Positions 62,657-64,000 of a stretch of DNA of 64,000 nt are shown here, piece by piece; the first letter of the stretch is position 1, and each line of letters begins with the position of its first letter. The notes beneath the pieces are model-generated. The model worked only from the letters and a program-made list of their open reading frames with translations, had not been told where the DNA came from and made no database searches. Source of the DNA: a virus (Duplodnaviria > Caudoviricetes). The position numbers and the translations under genes are program-made. Where the stretch lies: positions 96,001-160,000 of the IMG/VR virus record IMGVR_UViG_3300013121_000017. The stretch is one strand, 5' to 3'.

Positions 62657-63319
62657 ATGAATCTTGTCTTGTTCGGAAACAACCAAACTGCTGCTGTGGC
62701 GTGGGCCTACTTCTCGGAGTTTTCGGTCTACAGGGTCGTGGGCTTCACGGTTGACAGCGGCTACATGACGGGGCCGCGACACCCTCAGATTGACCTTCCA
62801 GTGGTCCCCTTCGAGGAAGTCGAAAAACACTTCTCGCCGAAAAACCACATGATCTACGTCTCGGTTGCTTTCCAGAGCCTTAATCGAGTGCGAGAAGCGA
62901 AGCTTCAGCAAGCCAAGGCCAAAGGATACAAACCAGCATCCTTCATCAGCCCTCACGCCAAAATCTCGAAGTACGCCAAGATCGGCGAACACAACTTCAT
63001 CATGGAAGACAACAACATCCAGCCCTTCGTTGAGATTGGAGACAACAACATCATCTGGTCTGGCAACCATATCGGGCATCACACCAAGATTGGCAACAAC
63101 AACTTCATCGCGTCCCATGTCGTCATTTCTGGCAGCGTCACGATTGGCGACCACTGTTTCTTCGGTGTGAACTCAACTATCAGAGACAACATCTCCATCG
63201 CCGACGAGAACATCATCGGTGCTGGTGCATTGATGACCAAGAACACAGCATCGGGCGAGGTCTACTTCGGCCAGCGTGCAACACTGGCTGACAAACCCAG
63301 CAGCAAGGTGGTACTTTGA
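62657..63319 (+). CDS. Hexapeptide-repeat sugar acetyltransferase (NeuD/PglD-like)
   Basis: Left-handed beta-helix repeats IG.NN.I; HIGHH. Confidence 0.9.
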   Translation: MNLVLFGNNQTAAVAWAYFSEFSVYRVVGFTVDSGYMTGPRHPQIDLPVVPFEEVEKHFSPKNHMIYVSVAFQSLNRVREAKLQQAKAKGYKPASFISPHAKISKYAKIGEHNFIMEDNNIQPFVEIGDNNIIWSGNHIGHHTKIGNNNFIASHVVISGSVTIGDHCFFGVNSTIRDNISIADENIIGAGALMTKNTASGEVYFGQRATLADKPSSKVVL

Positions 63320-64000
63320 AATTCAAGCGAATCAAAAACATCTACGTCAACGACGGCAGCTTTGAGTGGCGGAAAACACACGCCCAGGCTCCCTTCCCTT
63401 ATCGTTTGGACAACGGCCTGTGCCGCTTGTTTTTTACCACAAGGGACAGCCACAACTGCGCCCACCCAACTTACCTCGATTTCGACATGGACAGAATGGA
63501 GGTTGTTCAAGAGCCGCCCGGCCCGCTTTTGGTCCCAGGCAACCCCGGCTGCCACGATGACGCTGGCGTGATGTCGGGCTGTGTGGTCAAGGACAACGAC
63601 AGATATTTGTTGTACTACCTCGGCTGGTCGTTGCAAGTTGCCGTGCCACATCAAACATCAATCGGCGTGGCAGTTAGCAAGAACATGATGGACTGGACCA
63701 GATACTCCGAAGGACCGATCTTGTCCCGGTCGATCTATGATCCGCTCTCGGTTTACATGCCCTTTGTCACAAAAGTTGCCAATGATTGGTGGCGTATGTG
63801 GTATGTCAGTGGCGACCCGTGGCGAAATGTCAACGGGGCTGTTGAATGTGCCTACACCAAACTGAAATACGCCGAGTCAAACGACGGCATTCACTGGAAT
63901 TGTCGTCCAGAGCCGATCTTGGTATTCCAAGACCTGATCGCCAGACCAAGCGTCAGGTACGTCAACGGCGATTTTGAGTTGATGTTGTCCGTCCGTGGGA
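63316..64000 (+). CDS. Beta-propeller glycosidase-like protein, 3'-truncated
   Basis: TTGA overlap; HAQAP, DDAGV, LYYLGW, YAESNDGIHW motifs. Confidence 0.7.
   Translation, partial: MKFKRIKNIYVNDGSFEWRKTHAQAPFPYRLDNGLCRLFFTTRDSHNCAHPTYLDFDMDRMEVVQEPPGPLLVPGNPGCHDDAGVMSGCVVKDNDRYLLYYLGWSLQVAVPHQTSIGVAVSKNMMDWTRYSEGPILSRSIYDPLSVYMPFVTKVANDWWRMWYVSGDPWRNVNGAVECAYTKLKYAESNDGIHWNCRPEPILVFQDLIARPSVRYVNGDFELMLSVRG

Noticed and set aside
1-64000. Stop-codon reassignment
   Set aside because: Conserved genes are full length under the standard code and end in TAA, TAG or TGA; no suppressor tRNA seen

Overview
A 64-kb segment of a large T4-like (myovirus-type) phage genome; a Planctomycete-like host is possible but only weakly supported. 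1-19 kb: neck, tail terminator, sheath, five tail-tube paralogs, a gp55-like late sigma factor, and a gp26/gp51-like pair joined by a candidate -1 frameshift. 19-36 kb: accessory genes (M16 peptidase, 2OG oxygenase, macrodomain, Nudix, DUF5131, MoxR-vWA). 36-48 kb: resolvase, GATase, pyrG, homing endonucleases, class II RNR, gp46/gp47. 49-57 kb: an RNA-rich locus with 17 conventional tRNAs, all for Leu, Ser, Tyr or Phe, plus several tRNA-mimic RNAs. 57-64 kb: phosphatase, Nudix-TMK fusion, an out-of-frame ribosome recycling factor and sugar-modification genes. The main finding is at 48882-49129: a promoter, a 29-aa leader ORF whose 15 consecutive control codons are only Phe/Ser/Leu/Tyr, and alternative 1:2, 2:3 and 3:4 hairpins. 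This looks like a ribosome-stalling attenuator that switches on the phage tRNA array when those same four tRNA families run short. Protein calls come from motif recognition by eye; no searches were run.
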